Assembly (NCBI GenBank): GCA_965216875.1
Contig: OZ244207.1
Location: forward strand, 480,001 to 544,000
DNA length: 64,000 nt
DNA from: Rubripirellula sp.
Lineage (GTDB): Bacteria > Planctomycetota > Planctomycetia > Pirellulales > Pirellulaceae
Direction of reading: 5' to 3'
Positions within the stretch are counted from its first letter, which is position 1. Each line of letters opens with the position of its first letter. Under the pieces are notes generated by a model. The model worked only from the letters and a program-made list of their open reading frames with translations. It ran no database searches and was not told the origin of the DNA. This document shows positions 41,253 through 50,858 of this stretch, piece by piece. Both the position numbers and the translations under genes were made by a program.

Positions 41253-41288
41253 AAAAAAGGCCCCGTCAGTATGACGGGGCCTTTGTTT
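41253..41288. terminator. Bidirectional intrinsic terminator
   Basis: A6-GGCCCCGTCA GTA TGACGGGGCC-TTTGTTT between convergent genes. Confidence 0.85.
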
Positions 41289-41314
41289 ATTGGAATGGAA
41301 GCAACTTAAAGGGC

Positions 41315-41485
41315 TTATTCCGTGTCTTGCATTGCGGAGGCCATTTCCGCTTCGTCAGCCGCGATTTGTTCGGCCGCAGCTCGAATCGCATCACCATCGT
41401 CAGAGACAACGGTTGGCTTTTCACTCTGGCAACCTACGGCGAACGCAAGTGCAACCACAGCAAGGCATGCAACAAACTTCTTCAT
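41315..41485 (-). CDS. Small (56 aa) acidic lipoprotein
   Basis: MKKFVACLAVVALAFAVG-C lipobox; GAGGA RBS. Confidence 0.78.
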   Translation of the reverse strand: MKKFVACLAVVALAFAVGCQSEKPTVVSDDGDAIRAAAEQIAADEAEMASAMQDTE

Positions 41486-41620
41486 ACCTGAATTCCTCAA
41501 CATGAGAACGATTGGCCACCTGAACATACTCGGGGACACACGGCGCGACCCGAGTTGGCCAAGCTTCATTCTACGCGTTCCCAGGGGCGCCGTTTGCAAA
41601 AAACAATACGTGGCGAAAAA

Positions 41621-43879
41621 TCACTCTTGCTCGCCATCGTTGTTGGTAAGGCATTCGGTCAGGAAGTTCTCGAATTGCCACATCGTCCAGTGGAAGTACT
41701 TGTTCTTGTGCCGGCCATAGTTAAAGAACCCATGCTCGGCGCCGTCATAGTTGACGAACCGGTACGCGTTGCCAAGTTGATGCATTCGGTTACCGAGTGA
41801 TTCAAGTTGTGCCGGTGTGATGAGCCCATCCTTGCTTCCGCTTAGAACAAGCATTGGCGGCAGGCCAGCCTTCACATGGTGCGCCGGCGAAAACGACCTG
41901 GGGTCGATGCCGAACGCCTTGCAACGATTGCGTCCGCCGCTCCAACCATCAACCAAATCCACCACTGGATTGAACAACACAAATCCGGCCGGCATCTTTT
42001 CAATCACGGGGTCATCGGAGAGTGCAATTGTGGGCAATGCCAACGAAAGATGCCCTCCAGCACTGCCGCCGGAGACGAAGATTTTGTCGATGTCGATATT
42101 GTGTTTCGAGCCATGGGCGACGACCCAGCGGTAGGCGTTTCTCGCATCACGCAACGTGTCATGTGGTGTCACCACATCCGCCTGTTTTGCAGCCGAATTC
42201 CCTTTGGTTGGCGGGCGAAAATGAATCACCACGCTCGTGTATCCCAAACGCTGAAGGTACACGGCCTGCGCAGCGAGCGCTTGTGGAGTGCCGCCCCATG
42301 ATCCGCCATGAACCAAGAACACACAGGGACGTTGTTCGTTGCCGACCACCGAAAGGGGTTTGAAGATCCAAAGTTTTTGCTCGGCTTCCGTTCCGTAGGC
42401 AAACTCCTCGCCTTCGTTTAACAGTCGCGTGTTGATTTGCCCGAGTTCTTTCCCGTTCTTTGGTACATACAAAAAGTCGTGCTGTGGCTTGCCGTAGGCG
42501 CCGACCAATGGCGGTTCGTCGGATCCCGCCAATGCCGACTCGATCACGTCTTGAAGCTGCGTCTTGGCGCGTTGCATCTCCGGTGTCAATGCTTGAGGAT
42601 CAAGTTCCACTTCCTCGAGCGGTCGGTCGGTCAATTTGTAGAGCCGGCCGTTGCGATACATTTTGTAGTTCTTATTCAGTGCGAAGACGTGGCGGTTGAA
42701 ACGTTCTTTGTCCCAGCCTGGTCGGGGGTCGTACCAACAAAACACACTCTCCCGAACACGTTCGGCCGGTTGGCCAAACAATCGTTTCGCAAAGCTTATT
42801 CCGTCGATCGTTTCGTTTGGTTGCAACTGCGACCCAGCGAGTTCGAGCAGCGTTGGGACGAAGTCGGATGCGTCGACAAGATTTGCATCGACCCCTGGCT
42901 CAATCTTGCCAGGCCAATGTGCGATCAGCGGAACGTGCACTCCGGTTTGTTTCGGCGTTGCTTTGCCACCCTGGATCGATCGCCCGTCTTCGAACGAAGT
43001 GTTGACTTTCACGTCGGTTCCGTTGTCGCTGTAAAACAACACCAGCGTGTTGTCCCGCAAACCTTGCTGATCCAATCGATCGAGCAAGTTGCCGACGGTC
43101 TTGTCCATGTACTCGACCATGTCGTCAAAGTACTCGACGCTCTCTTCGGGAGTGTTCTGTGGATTCCAATCGGCCGAATCGGGCGTCGGCTCGAAAGGCC
43201 AATGGGGCAGTGCCATCGGGTAATAGACGAAGGTCGGTTCATCACGTGTTGCATCCATGAAGTCAACAATCTTGTCGACCCAGATGTCTTCGCCGTATTT
43301 TCCGTCGTAGGTTTTGACCTGTCCGGGCTCGCCTTGCTTGCCCTCAAGCATTGTGGGATTTGCGTATCGCGACCCCTTGTCTTCGGTGTGCAACGCATGG
43401 AAGAGCGCATAGCGGTCAAAGCCGGCGTCCTTGGGATGCATGCCTCTACTGCGTCGCTTTTCGGCGCCCGGCAAATCGGGCGGGTCATACGATTGGAGTT
43501 GCCATTTGCCAAAGATGCCGGTGGTGTATCCCGCCTTCTGCATTCGGTGGCCAAAGGTCGTTTCCTTTGGATCAAGAATGCCAAAGTACATCCAGTTGCG
43601 ATGGTTGTATTTGCCCGTCATCAGTTGCACGCGTGTCGGCGTACAGAGTGGTTGGGCATAGGCGTGTGAAAACTTCAAGCCGGTCGCTGCAAGTTCGTTC
43701 AATCGGGGCGTGCGATAGGCTGTGCCGCCGTAACACTCCAGTCCCTCGATCCCCAAATCATCGGCCATGATCAGCAGAATGTTGGGGCGAGAAGGACTGG
43801 GTTTGGGCTCGGCATTTGCCGAGGACGAGAGCAAGGACGTCAGTAGGATGGCAAAGAGCGTGGTGGCTTTTTTGTGCAT
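41621..43879 (-). CDS. Sulfatase (S1, formylglycine-dependent) fused to a C-terminal alpha/beta-hydrolase esterase
   Basis: PNILLIMADDLG, CTPTR, GKW, SDNG; then HGGSW, GGSAGG, D and HGFF esterase motifs. Confidence 0.88.
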   Translation of the reverse strand: MHKKATTLFAILLTSLLSSSANAEPKPSPSRPNILLIMADDLGIEGLECYGGTAYRTPRLNELAATGLKFSHAYAQPLCTPTRVQLMTGKYNHRNWMYFGILDPKETTFGHRMQKAGYTTGIFGKWQLQSYDPPDLPGAEKRRSRGMHPKDAGFDRYALFHALHTEDKGSRYANPTMLEGKQGEPGQVKTYDGKYGEDIWVDKIVDFMDATRDEPTFVYYPMALPHWPFEPTPDSADWNPQNTPEESVEYFDDMVEYMDKTVGNLLDRLDQQGLRDNTLVLFYSDNGTDVKVNTSFEDGRSIQGGKATPKQTGVHVPLIAHWPGKIEPGVDANLVDASDFVPTLLELAGSQLQPNETIDGISFAKRLFGQPAERVRESVFCWYDPRPGWDKERFNRHVFALNKNYKMYRNGRLYKLTDRPLEEVELDPQALTPEMQRAKTQLQDVIESALAGSDEPPLVGAYGKPQHDFLYVPKNGKELGQINTRLLNEGEEFAYGTEAEQKLWIFKPLSVVGNEQRPCVFLVHGGSWGGTPQALAAQAVYLQRLGYTSVVIHFRPPTKGNSAAKQADVVTPHDTLRDARNAYRWVVAHGSKHNIDIDKIFVSGGSAGGHLSLALPTIALSDDPVIEKMPAGFVLFNPVVDLVDGWSGGRNRCKAFGIDPRSFSPAHHVKAGLPPMLVLSGSKDGLITPAQLESLGNRMHQLGNAYRFVNYDGAEHGFFNYGRHKNKYFHWTMWQFENFLTECLTNNDGEQE

Positions 43880-44002
43880 CGTTGTTTCGGGAGGGAGAGT
43901 TCCTGGGACGGGAAGGGTGGCGAATTCCAATTCGCGCCGTCGCATTCTGGCTACCGGCCCGGCCAAGGTCAAACAGGCGTGCGAGTGAGCGGGCGTGACT
44001 CG

Positions 44003-45043
44003 CTACAAGAATCTCGCAGCCGTTTCGCGGCTAATTCGACCCGAGTCCTGCAGTTGTCGGATCGATTCGGCCAGCGACACCATGCCGTCGGCACGTCCCG
44101 TCATGATCCCGGTATCGATGCTTTCGATCTTTCCGAGGCGAATCGCGCTGGCAATCGGATTCGTGTTGAACATCACTTCGAGCGCTAGCTCGCGTTTGTC
44201 TCCCTCTTCGCTCGGAAGCAAATGCTGACTCACGACCGCTCGCAGACTCATCGCCAACTGCGACCGCAACTCCGTTTGGATGTTCTGGGGGACAAGGTCC
44301 GTGAATCTCGAGATGGCACCTTTGCAATCGCGGGTGTGCAGCGTGCTGAAGACGAGGTGTCCCGTTTCTGCGGCACTCAACGCCATTTGTGCGGTCTCGC
44401 GATCGCGGATTTCGCCGACAAGGATCACGTCTGGATCTTGCCGCAATCCGTACCTCAGGCCATCCGCAAACGACTGGACATCTCGACCAACTTCGCGCTG
44501 GGTCACGATCGAGTCTTCGACGCGTGGAAAGAGGTATTCGATGGGGTCTTCGACCGTGATGATTCGTTGCCCACCAGCTTGGTTGAGCAATTCGATCACC
44601 ATTGCCAATGAGGTTGTCTTGCCTGAGCCAGTGACCCCGGTGAACAGGACCAGCCCATTGCGAAAGTCAATCAACCGCGAGGCCAGTTCTTTCGGGAATC
44701 CTGCCCAATCAAATTCCGGGATCTGATCAGGGATAAATCGAAAGCAGGCGCCAAGTTCTTGATTGCTGACGTAGTAGTTGGTGCGAAACCGGTGGGGCGA
44801 ACCTTGCAGGTCGATCTGCAACGCAAAGTCAACGTTGTGTTGCGATTGGAATCGCACCAGTGCGTCTTCCGGACAAACGGCAAACAATGCCTGCTGGACG
44901 GATGGGTTGTCCAGCAGTGGCCCGTCCAGAGCAATCAGTTGCCCATGCAGACGGATTGTCGGCCGGTGACCACAGAGGATGTGCAAGTCGGACGCGCCCG
45001 CTTCAACTGCAGCGGCGAGCCACTGATGAATCTCGGTGCTCAT
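44003..45043 (-). CDS. pilT: Type IV pilus retraction ATPase PilT/PilU family
   Basis: ASDLH, GVTGSGKTT, TVEDPIE, LRQDPDVILVGEIRD, AAETGHLVFSTLH. Confidence 0.9.
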   Translation of the reverse strand: MSTEIHQWLAAAVEAGASDLHILCGHRPTIRLHGQLIALDGPLLDNPSVQQALFAVCPEDALVRFQSQHNVDFALQIDLQGSPHRFRTNYYVSNQELGACFRFIPDQIPEFDWAGFPKELASRLIDFRNGLVLFTGVTGSGKTTSLAMVIELLNQAGGQRIITVEDPIEYLFPRVEDSIVTQREVGRDVQSFADGLRYGLRQDPDVILVGEIRDRETAQMALSAAETGHLVFSTLHTRDCKGAISRFTDLVPQNIQTELRSQLAMSLRAVVSQHLLPSEEGDKRELALEVMFNTNPIASAIRLGKIESIDTGIMTGRADGMVSLAESIRQLQDSGRISRETAARFL

Positions 45044-45081
45044 GGTGCCAGTCAAGAATTCGACGCAATGACGCGTCGTCG

Positions 45082-45870
45082 CTAAAAATCGGTCAACGGC
45101 TGAATTTGTTCTTTGCCAGCTCGAGTGACAAGAGCGTCAAACAGACCTCGATCGATGGTCGATGTCACGGCGATCACCGCGCCGTCGCCCATCAGCAAGT
45201 GAGCGACCTCTTGGTCGTCCATTGATTGAAGGGTCGTGTAGGCTTCGTTTGGTGACATGTCTTCGAGCGAGGTCCACTTGGTAAACCGATGTGGGAATTC
45301 GATCGCAATCGCCGTGTTGGCAAGGCCATCGAGGATATCGCGGAATCTCGTTGTCTTGTTCGGTTCGGGGTGGAACACTGCTTCGTCCGAGACAATGGCA
45401 AAGATGCCAGTTTGTCCGTCGGGCTGGCCATGTGCTTGGAAAGCCATCGGAGTCGGGAAATTTATCGAATCGAAACCGGCCTTGGTGTGGTTCGGCTGGT
45501 CGACGTACATGCTCCAAGCAGCCTGCCCCTCAACAAATGGGCTGATCCCAAACCGCCAATTGAAGACGACGTCTCCGGCAGTTTCGGTGTAAGTGTGCGG
45601 CAAAGCTTTAAACGCCGAGTGATAGTTGTGGATTGCAAGTCCGACTTGCTTCATGTTGTTCTGGCGTTGCATCCGGCCCGCAGCGTCACGCGCGGCGGAC
45701 ACAGCTGGCAACAACAGGGCGGCCAGAACTCCGGCACAAACCAATCCGACCACGAACAAGACCCCCAGCACGATCGCGATGATCACGCCAGTACCCATGC
45801 CACTCTTTTGCGGCTGGACGGGCTGTTGCGCATAAGGGTGGGGATTTTGATACGGAGGAACGGTAGACAT
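45082..45870 (-). CDS. Short membrane-anchored DUF1559 protein lacking the prepilin cleavage motif
   Basis: Pro/Gln-rich N-terminus, [44 protein letters not shown]. Confidence 0.85.
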   Translation of the reverse strand: MSTVPPYQNPHPYAQQPVQPQKSGMGTGVIIAIVLGVLFVVGLVCAGVLAALLLPAVSAARDAAGRMQRQNNMKQVGLAIHNYHSAFKALPHTYTETAGDVVFNWRFGISPFVEGQAAWSMYVDQPNHTKAGFDSINFPTPMAFQAHGQPDGQTGIFAIVSDEAVFHPEPNKTTRFRDILDGLANTAIAIEFPHRFTKWTSLEDMSPNEAYTTLQSMDDQEVAHLLMGDGAVIAVTSTIDRGLFDALVTRAGKEQIQPLTDF

Positions 45871-46065
45871 GGATGGATCCAGAAAAAGTGCACGGGCAAT
45901 TCAACTGGATGCATTGTATGGCACTCAGACGCGCCACAACAAGAATCGAACGTCGGTTCGTCGCTACCTTCACCAGAAGGTGGGAGGTTTACAGGTGAAG
46001 CTGGCACGCGCGTTTGCGGGGCATGCTGGCGAAAGAGGAATTCGAACCGCCACGCGACGAATCGC

Positions 46066-47190
46066 TCACTGGCCTTCGATGTACAGAAGCTGAATCTTGG
46101 CTTTGGGCAGTTTTGGCGAAAGTGCCGCCACACCTTCTTTGGTGACCTCCGTCCGGGTCACGATGAGTTTTTCCATATTGACCAGCGGCTCGAGGTGTAT
46201 CAGGCCGGCGTCAGTGATGCCGGTCGATCCGAGATGTAAGAATGTGAGCTTGGTCATGCCGCTAAACGTTGGCATGCTCTCGTCGGTCATCCGCGTGTTG
46301 TCGACGTTAAGACTTTCAAGGTTGGTTAGGGGAGCGAGTGCGGCGATCCCGGCGTCACCGATTTGTGCACGCCAAAGATTGAGCTTCTTTAACTTTGTCA
46401 GTTTGCCAACGGACTCCAACGCGTCATCAAAAAACGCGGTGCATTCGCTCAAGTCAAGTTCTTCGAGGTTTTCAAGTGCTGGAAGCCCAGCGAGGCCGGT
46501 CGCATCGAGTTGGCCATTTTTCGATAACCGCAAACTCTTGAGCTTGGGGAAGTTGACGAGAATTGGCATCACTTCATTGCCAACCAACGTCTCTCCAAGT
46601 TGCAGCTGCTGCAATCCCTTGAGTGGCGTCAGTGTCTTGATGCCCTCTTCAGAGATCCAAAGACCATCGAGGGAAAGGTTGCGCAGTTTCGTGAGCTTGG
46701 CGACGTGGGCCATGCCAGCGTCTTCGACTTCCGTGATCTGTCCTTTTCCAGACAAACGCAGTTCGACCAATTCGGTCAATCCAGTCAAATGGCTGAGCGA
46801 ATCATCATCAATCTCGCACACGCGAAGATCGAGTGCTTTGAGCGTCTTGATCTGACCAACGGTTTTCAAACCTTCGGAAGTGATCTTCGTTTCCGCAAGC
46901 CGCAGGGCGCGCAGTCGAGGCAAGCCGAGCAGGTGCTCAAGGATCTCGTCGCCAACGTCGGTCGTGCGCAGATCGACATCGACGACATAACCGCCTTCGA
47001 CGCGCAGATTTTTTGCGACCGCTTCGAGCGCCGCGACACAGGCCGGATCATCCGCAGGTTCGGAGGGCTTCGGTTGTGTTTCAGCAGAAGTGTTGGATAC
47101 CGCCGGGGCGGCCTCTTCTTTTTTGCTGCACCCACCAACACCAACCGCAGCGACCAACAAGCTGGCCACCATCAATTCACGTACGCTCAT
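46066..47190 (-). CDS. Leucine-rich repeat lipoprotein
   Basis: Lipobox VGGC; multiple LxxLxxLxL..T.I.D.G repeats. Confidence 0.88.
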   Translation of the reverse strand: MSVRELMVASLLVAAVGVGGCSKKEEAAPAVSNTSAETQPKPSEPADDPACVAALEAVAKNLRVEGGYVVDVDLRTTDVGDEILEHLLGLPRLRALRLAETKITSEGLKTVGQIKTLKALDLRVCEIDDDSLSHLTGLTELVELRLSGKGQITEVEDAGMAHVAKLTKLRNLSLDGLWISEEGIKTLTPLKGLQQLQLGETLVGNEVMPILVNFPKLKSLRLSKNGQLDATGLAGLPALENLEELDLSECTAFFDDALESVGKLTKLKKLNLWRAQIGDAGIAALAPLTNLESLNVDNTRMTDESMPTFSGMTKLTFLHLGSTGITDAGLIHLEPLVNMEKLIVTRTEVTKEGVAALSPKLPKAKIQLLYIEGQ

Positions 47191-47220
47191 GCCAATTGCT
47201 TTGTCAAATCCTGATTCAAC

Positions 47221-47378
47221 GTAGTGGACGAGGCCACGAGTCCCTCATTTTCGTAGTGGACGAGGCCACGAGTCCCTAATTTTCGTAGTGGACGAGGCCA
47301 CGAGTCCCTCAAACTTCGCAATCCCAATGCCTTCGTCTTCAATCGAAGTGGACGAGGACTCGTTGCCTCGTCCACTAC
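47221..47378. repeat. REP family F4: three tandem copies (32-bp period) plus one inverted copy
   Basis: GTAGTGGACGAGGCCACGAGTCC at 47221, 47253, 47285; inverted GGACTCGTTGCCTCGTCCACTAC at 47356-47378. Confidence 0.85.
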
Positions 47379-47394
47379 CAAGACCGTTGGAGGT

Positions 47395-48726
47395 CTAGGC
47401 CTTGTGCTCGACCACTTCCCAGCCGGGACGATAGTCTTTGTCGACGTACTGGTTTGCTTCCGGAACGTTGGTCACTTTCAAGTTCTCGGCATCCCATTCA
47501 ATTGGTTTGCCGGATCGGTAAGCGACATTGCCCAGCAACACGGTCTCGGTCAAAGCGCCCGAGTAGTTGAAGTTGCATGTTGTTTCGGAACCATCCTTAC
47601 ACGCTTTGATCCATTCGGCGTGATGGCCGATCGAGCGAGGGATGGATGGCTTAGGTGGCTCAAACCCTTTGAACTTGTCTTTCGGGAACAAACGGTAGCT
47701 GCCGTAGTCGGCAAACATGTGGCCTTCGGTGCCAACAAACATCACGCCGCTGTGAGGTACGCGTTCACCCGCGACTTCGCGAGGCGTCATGTTGCCGTCA
47801 TACCAAGTGAAGTTCATTGGCGCGGCCAGGTTGCTTGGACTTGGGAAGGTGTACTTCACGCTCAGTCCAAGAGGGCAGGTTTCCGGGTGCACGGGAGGTC
47901 CCGATGCTTCGGCCGTCAGCGGATGACGCAAACCGAGCGCCCAGAATGGAAGGTCCATGTAGTGACAGCCCATGTCTCCGAGCGTTCCTTGACCAAAGTC
48001 CCACCAGCGACGCCATTGAGCTGGGTGGTATCGGCCGGCAGCGTAGGGACGCTCGGGCGCGGGTCCCAACCAAAGGTCCCAGCTCAGGTGAGCCGGTGGA
48101 GCTTGTCCTTTTTCGGGGCGCTCGCCGCCGCCCCAACCTTTGCCAACCCAGACGTGAACGTCGGTCACATCACCGATCGTTCCCGCTTGGATGATTTCAA
48201 CGACACGGCGATAGTTTTCACCGGCGTGAATCTGTGTGCCCATCTGCGTCGCAACACCTTTTCGCTTTGCCGCTTCGGCGATCAAGCGAGCTTCTTTGAT
48301 GGTGTGCGTGAGAGGCTTCTCGCAGTAGCAATGCAGGCCCGCATTGATGCCGCGAATCGCAGCAGGTGCGTGGTTATGGTCGGCCGTCGCAACCACGATC
48401 GCATCCGCCTTGTCGGCTTCGTTGGCGATCATTTCGCGATAGTCGGCGTAGGTCGCTGCGTCCTTGAACTTTGCCGAAGCTCGGTCGAGGTAGTTCTTGT
48501 CGACGTCACAGAGCCCGACGATTTCTTCGTCCTCGACACCTTTGACGTTTTCAGCGGCGCGGTTGGCGGTCCCGACGCAAAGGATTTTGATTTTTTCGTT
48601 TGGCGACTTCGACTCGTCAGCGGCAACTTCGCTCCAAACACCAGCCGAAAGAACGGCAGCACTTGCGCTGGATGCTTGAATGAACCGACGTCGATTCAGT
48701 GAGTTTTTGGGGAGATTCTTCGACAT
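47395..48726 (-). CDS. Tat-exported Gfo/Idh/MocA oxidoreductase
   Basis: NRRRFIQ Tat motif, VATADHNH, YCEKPLTH, GDMGCH. Confidence 0.9.
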   Translation of the reverse strand: MSKNLPKNSLNRRRFIQASSASAAVLSAGVWSEVAADESKSPNEKIKILCVGTANRAAENVKGVEDEEIVGLCDVDKNYLDRASAKFKDAATYADYREMIANEADKADAIVVATADHNHAPAAIRGINAGLHCYCEKPLTHTIKEARLIAEAAKRKGVATQMGTQIHAGENYRRVVEIIQAGTIGDVTDVHVWVGKGWGGGERPEKGQAPPAHLSWDLWLGPAPERPYAAGRYHPAQWRRWWDFGQGTLGDMGCHYMDLPFWALGLRHPLTAEASGPPVHPETCPLGLSVKYTFPSPSNLAAPMNFTWYDGNMTPREVAGERVPHSGVMFVGTEGHMFADYGSYRLFPKDKFKGFEPPKPSIPRSIGHHAEWIKACKDGSETTCNFNYSGALTETVLLGNVAYRSGKPIEWDAENLKVTNVPEANQYVDKDYRPGWEVVEHKA

Positions 48727-48854
48727 GCTCGCCTCGTATTCGATGCCGGGACAGGAAAGGTGGGAGAATTCTGCAGCAGATGCTGTGGCGGGGACCGATA
48801 TCGTAGTCGAACTTGGGCTCGCTTGCAGGGGACTGATTCGGCGTTGGTAAAGGA

Positions 48855-49011
48855 GTGAGCCGAACGCGCTAGCGTCGGGCCCCCAGAGATGCGTCGAGGA
48901 GTGCAAGGCCCGACGCCAGTCGGTTCGGCTCACGAAAATCGCGCCCTTCTTTGTAGGTCATGCTCCGCATGACGGGCTTTCGAGGGCCCGACGCTAGCGC
49001 GTTCGGCTCAC
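48855..49011. repeat. F5 REP cluster (one forward arm, two inverted arms) enclosing a single GTAG-headed F6 hairpin (48953-48973)
   Basis: GTGAGCCGAACGCGCTAGCGTCGGGCCC and its reverse complement ending 49011; GTAG-GTCATGC-TCC-GCATGAC inside. Confidence 0.75.
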
Positions 49012-49030
49012 AAAACACACAGCGCTTCGG

Positions 49031-50572
49031 CTAGCGACCCAATCCGGTCTCCTCCATCGACACCATGTCGACGTAGCGGTCGACGATGCGGTCACTTGCA
49101 AACAGTGGCAAGTTGTTGGCCAATGAGACCGACACGAGCGTTTCGACCAAGCGGCGATGCTTGATGTAGTCGAGTTCCGAATCTTCAGATGCTTGCGCCA
49201 AATCGCGACGTTTCTGAAGCGATTGTTCGTAGGCAGCGAAACTGTCCATTGCTTTGATGTCTTCGAGCAAACCGTCGCGTTGGTCTTCGCTAAACAATTC
49301 CGACTTGTGCCAGTTCTCTTTGTCGGCGAGATCTGGAAACGCTTCAAACACTTCGTCACGCAACTTTGATGTTCCAGATCGCCGTCGCCAACTTCGGCGA
49401 TAGTCACGTCGTGCTGAATGAAAGGTGTTTCGCTGGGCTTGGTAGGCCGCAACCACTTCACCGAGTGACGACTCAAGGCTGATGCCAAGCCGGTCGGTCA
49501 GGCCCATGATCAACGCTTGCACATCAGGCCGCGCCGTTGAAGCGAATTCCTCCAGCGTCCCTGGCACATGCTCGAGTAGCTCGATCATGCGATCAGATGA
49601 TTGAACATCCGGGATTTCGTCTCGCTGGTACTTTGGCGGGTCGTCTGCACGCCGCATGCGACTGTAGTGTCTCAGCAGCGACTCGCTCGCGCGCAAGGGA
49701 ATGTCGATGGTGTTGCTTGCCAGTACGGCGTGAGCATGTGCTTCGGCAAGTGAAACGATGTGGTCGCCATCGAGGTCGATGTCCGATTTCGTTTTGCCGT
49801 TACGACTGCGGCCGACCAAGGCACCCCAGAAAAAGCTGCTGTACTCTTCGTCGTTTTCGATGTCGGGCCGGCATCCAGCTGCGGGCAAGTTGTGCTGCTG
49901 GGCAAAGAATCCAGTTCTCAGGTGTTTCGACAGTCGCTCGTCCGCGTTGGCGTCATCAAAGATCACGTGTGCGAAACCGCCGCAGTAACACTGGGCCATC
50001 ACCATCACGACAGGAACGTCTTCGGGGAGGCCATCGAGCATTTGTGTGAACTGCTCGGCCGAGATCGCTTTTCGGCCCCAACAATTGATCGTCGTGTTGT
50101 GCTTGTTTTTGCCTTTGGCAGAACTGCCATGGGCGGTCACGTAGACGAACAGCCGATCGCCGGCGCCAACGCGAAGGGCAAGTTCCTTGACGCCATCGCG
50201 AATGTTCTGGGGTGAAGTCGACCCCGCGATCCCTGCCACTTGGTGGTCCCGGTACGTTACCGGGTTGCTCGAACGTGTTCGCGACCGATGCAATCGCGAA
50301 ACCAATTGCTTGGCCGTCACACTTGGCCGCTTGACCGCGACTTGCAAGTCCTTGCCATCGTCTTCGCCATCAGCAAAGTAGATCATGTGCGATGGCGGCG
50401 ATGGATACTCTTCGATCAAGATCTCCTGCAGAAACCGAACGTTTGCTTCGAGCGATGCTTGATTCCCTTCGCGTGCGTAACCGCCACCGATGGTAAGGAA
50501 ATAGTCAGCTGCAAAGACGGGGGACGCCAAAAGCAAGGTCGTTGCAACCGCCAAGACACGTGAAGGGTTCAT
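49031..50572 (-). CDS. Exported protein with clan CD (C13/caspase-like) His-Gly...Cys motif
   Basis: Signal peptide; LFVYVTAHGS and VMVMAQCYCGGF; coiled C-terminus. Confidence 0.65.
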   Translation of the reverse strand: MNPSRVLAVATTLLLASPVFAADYFLTIGGGYAREGNQASLEANVRFLQEILIEEYPSPPSHMIYFADGEDDGKDLQVAVKRPSVTAKQLVSRLHRSRTRSSNPVTYRDHQVAGIAGSTSPQNIRDGVKELALRVGAGDRLFVYVTAHGSSAKGKNKHNTTINCWGRKAISAEQFTQMLDGLPEDVPVVMVMAQCYCGGFAHVIFDDANADERLSKHLRTGFFAQQHNLPAAGCRPDIENDEEYSSFFWGALVGRSRNGKTKSDIDLDGDHIVSLAEAHAHAVLASNTIDIPLRASESLLRHYSRMRRADDPPKYQRDEIPDVQSSDRMIELLEHVPGTLEEFASTARPDVQALIMGLTDRLGISLESSLGEVVAAYQAQRNTFHSARRDYRRSWRRRSGTSKLRDEVFEAFPDLADKENWHKSELFSEDQRDGLLEDIKAMDSFAAYEQSLQKRRDLAQASEDSELDYIKHRRLVETLVSVSLANNLPLFASDRIVDRYVDMVSMEETGLGR

Positions 50573-50858
50573 ACCAATGCCAATCCTGTGCTGGGACAAA
50601 GTTGGTGGTGGGGTGAAATCACCCTGTCTAGTGTACCCTGCCGGCAAAGCACGACGCCCAGTCGAAATCGGTGGACCGGGGTGAATTTGGCTGCCAAGGA
50701 ACGCGCATCCGCTACGGGTGCTCGCGTTTTACCTGACCGATAAGCTTGCCCTCTTGCGCCTTTTTGCGGCGATCCGGCGTCATCTCCACACGGACGTGAA
50801 ATTGACTACAGTAAGACCCTACGACCAACTTCCTTCCATAACTGCAGCCCACCACAAC

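Noticed and set aside
47221..47310. Mini-CRISPR
   Set aside because: 32-bp period with essentially no unique spacer, a GTAG head and an inverted partner: a REP triplication
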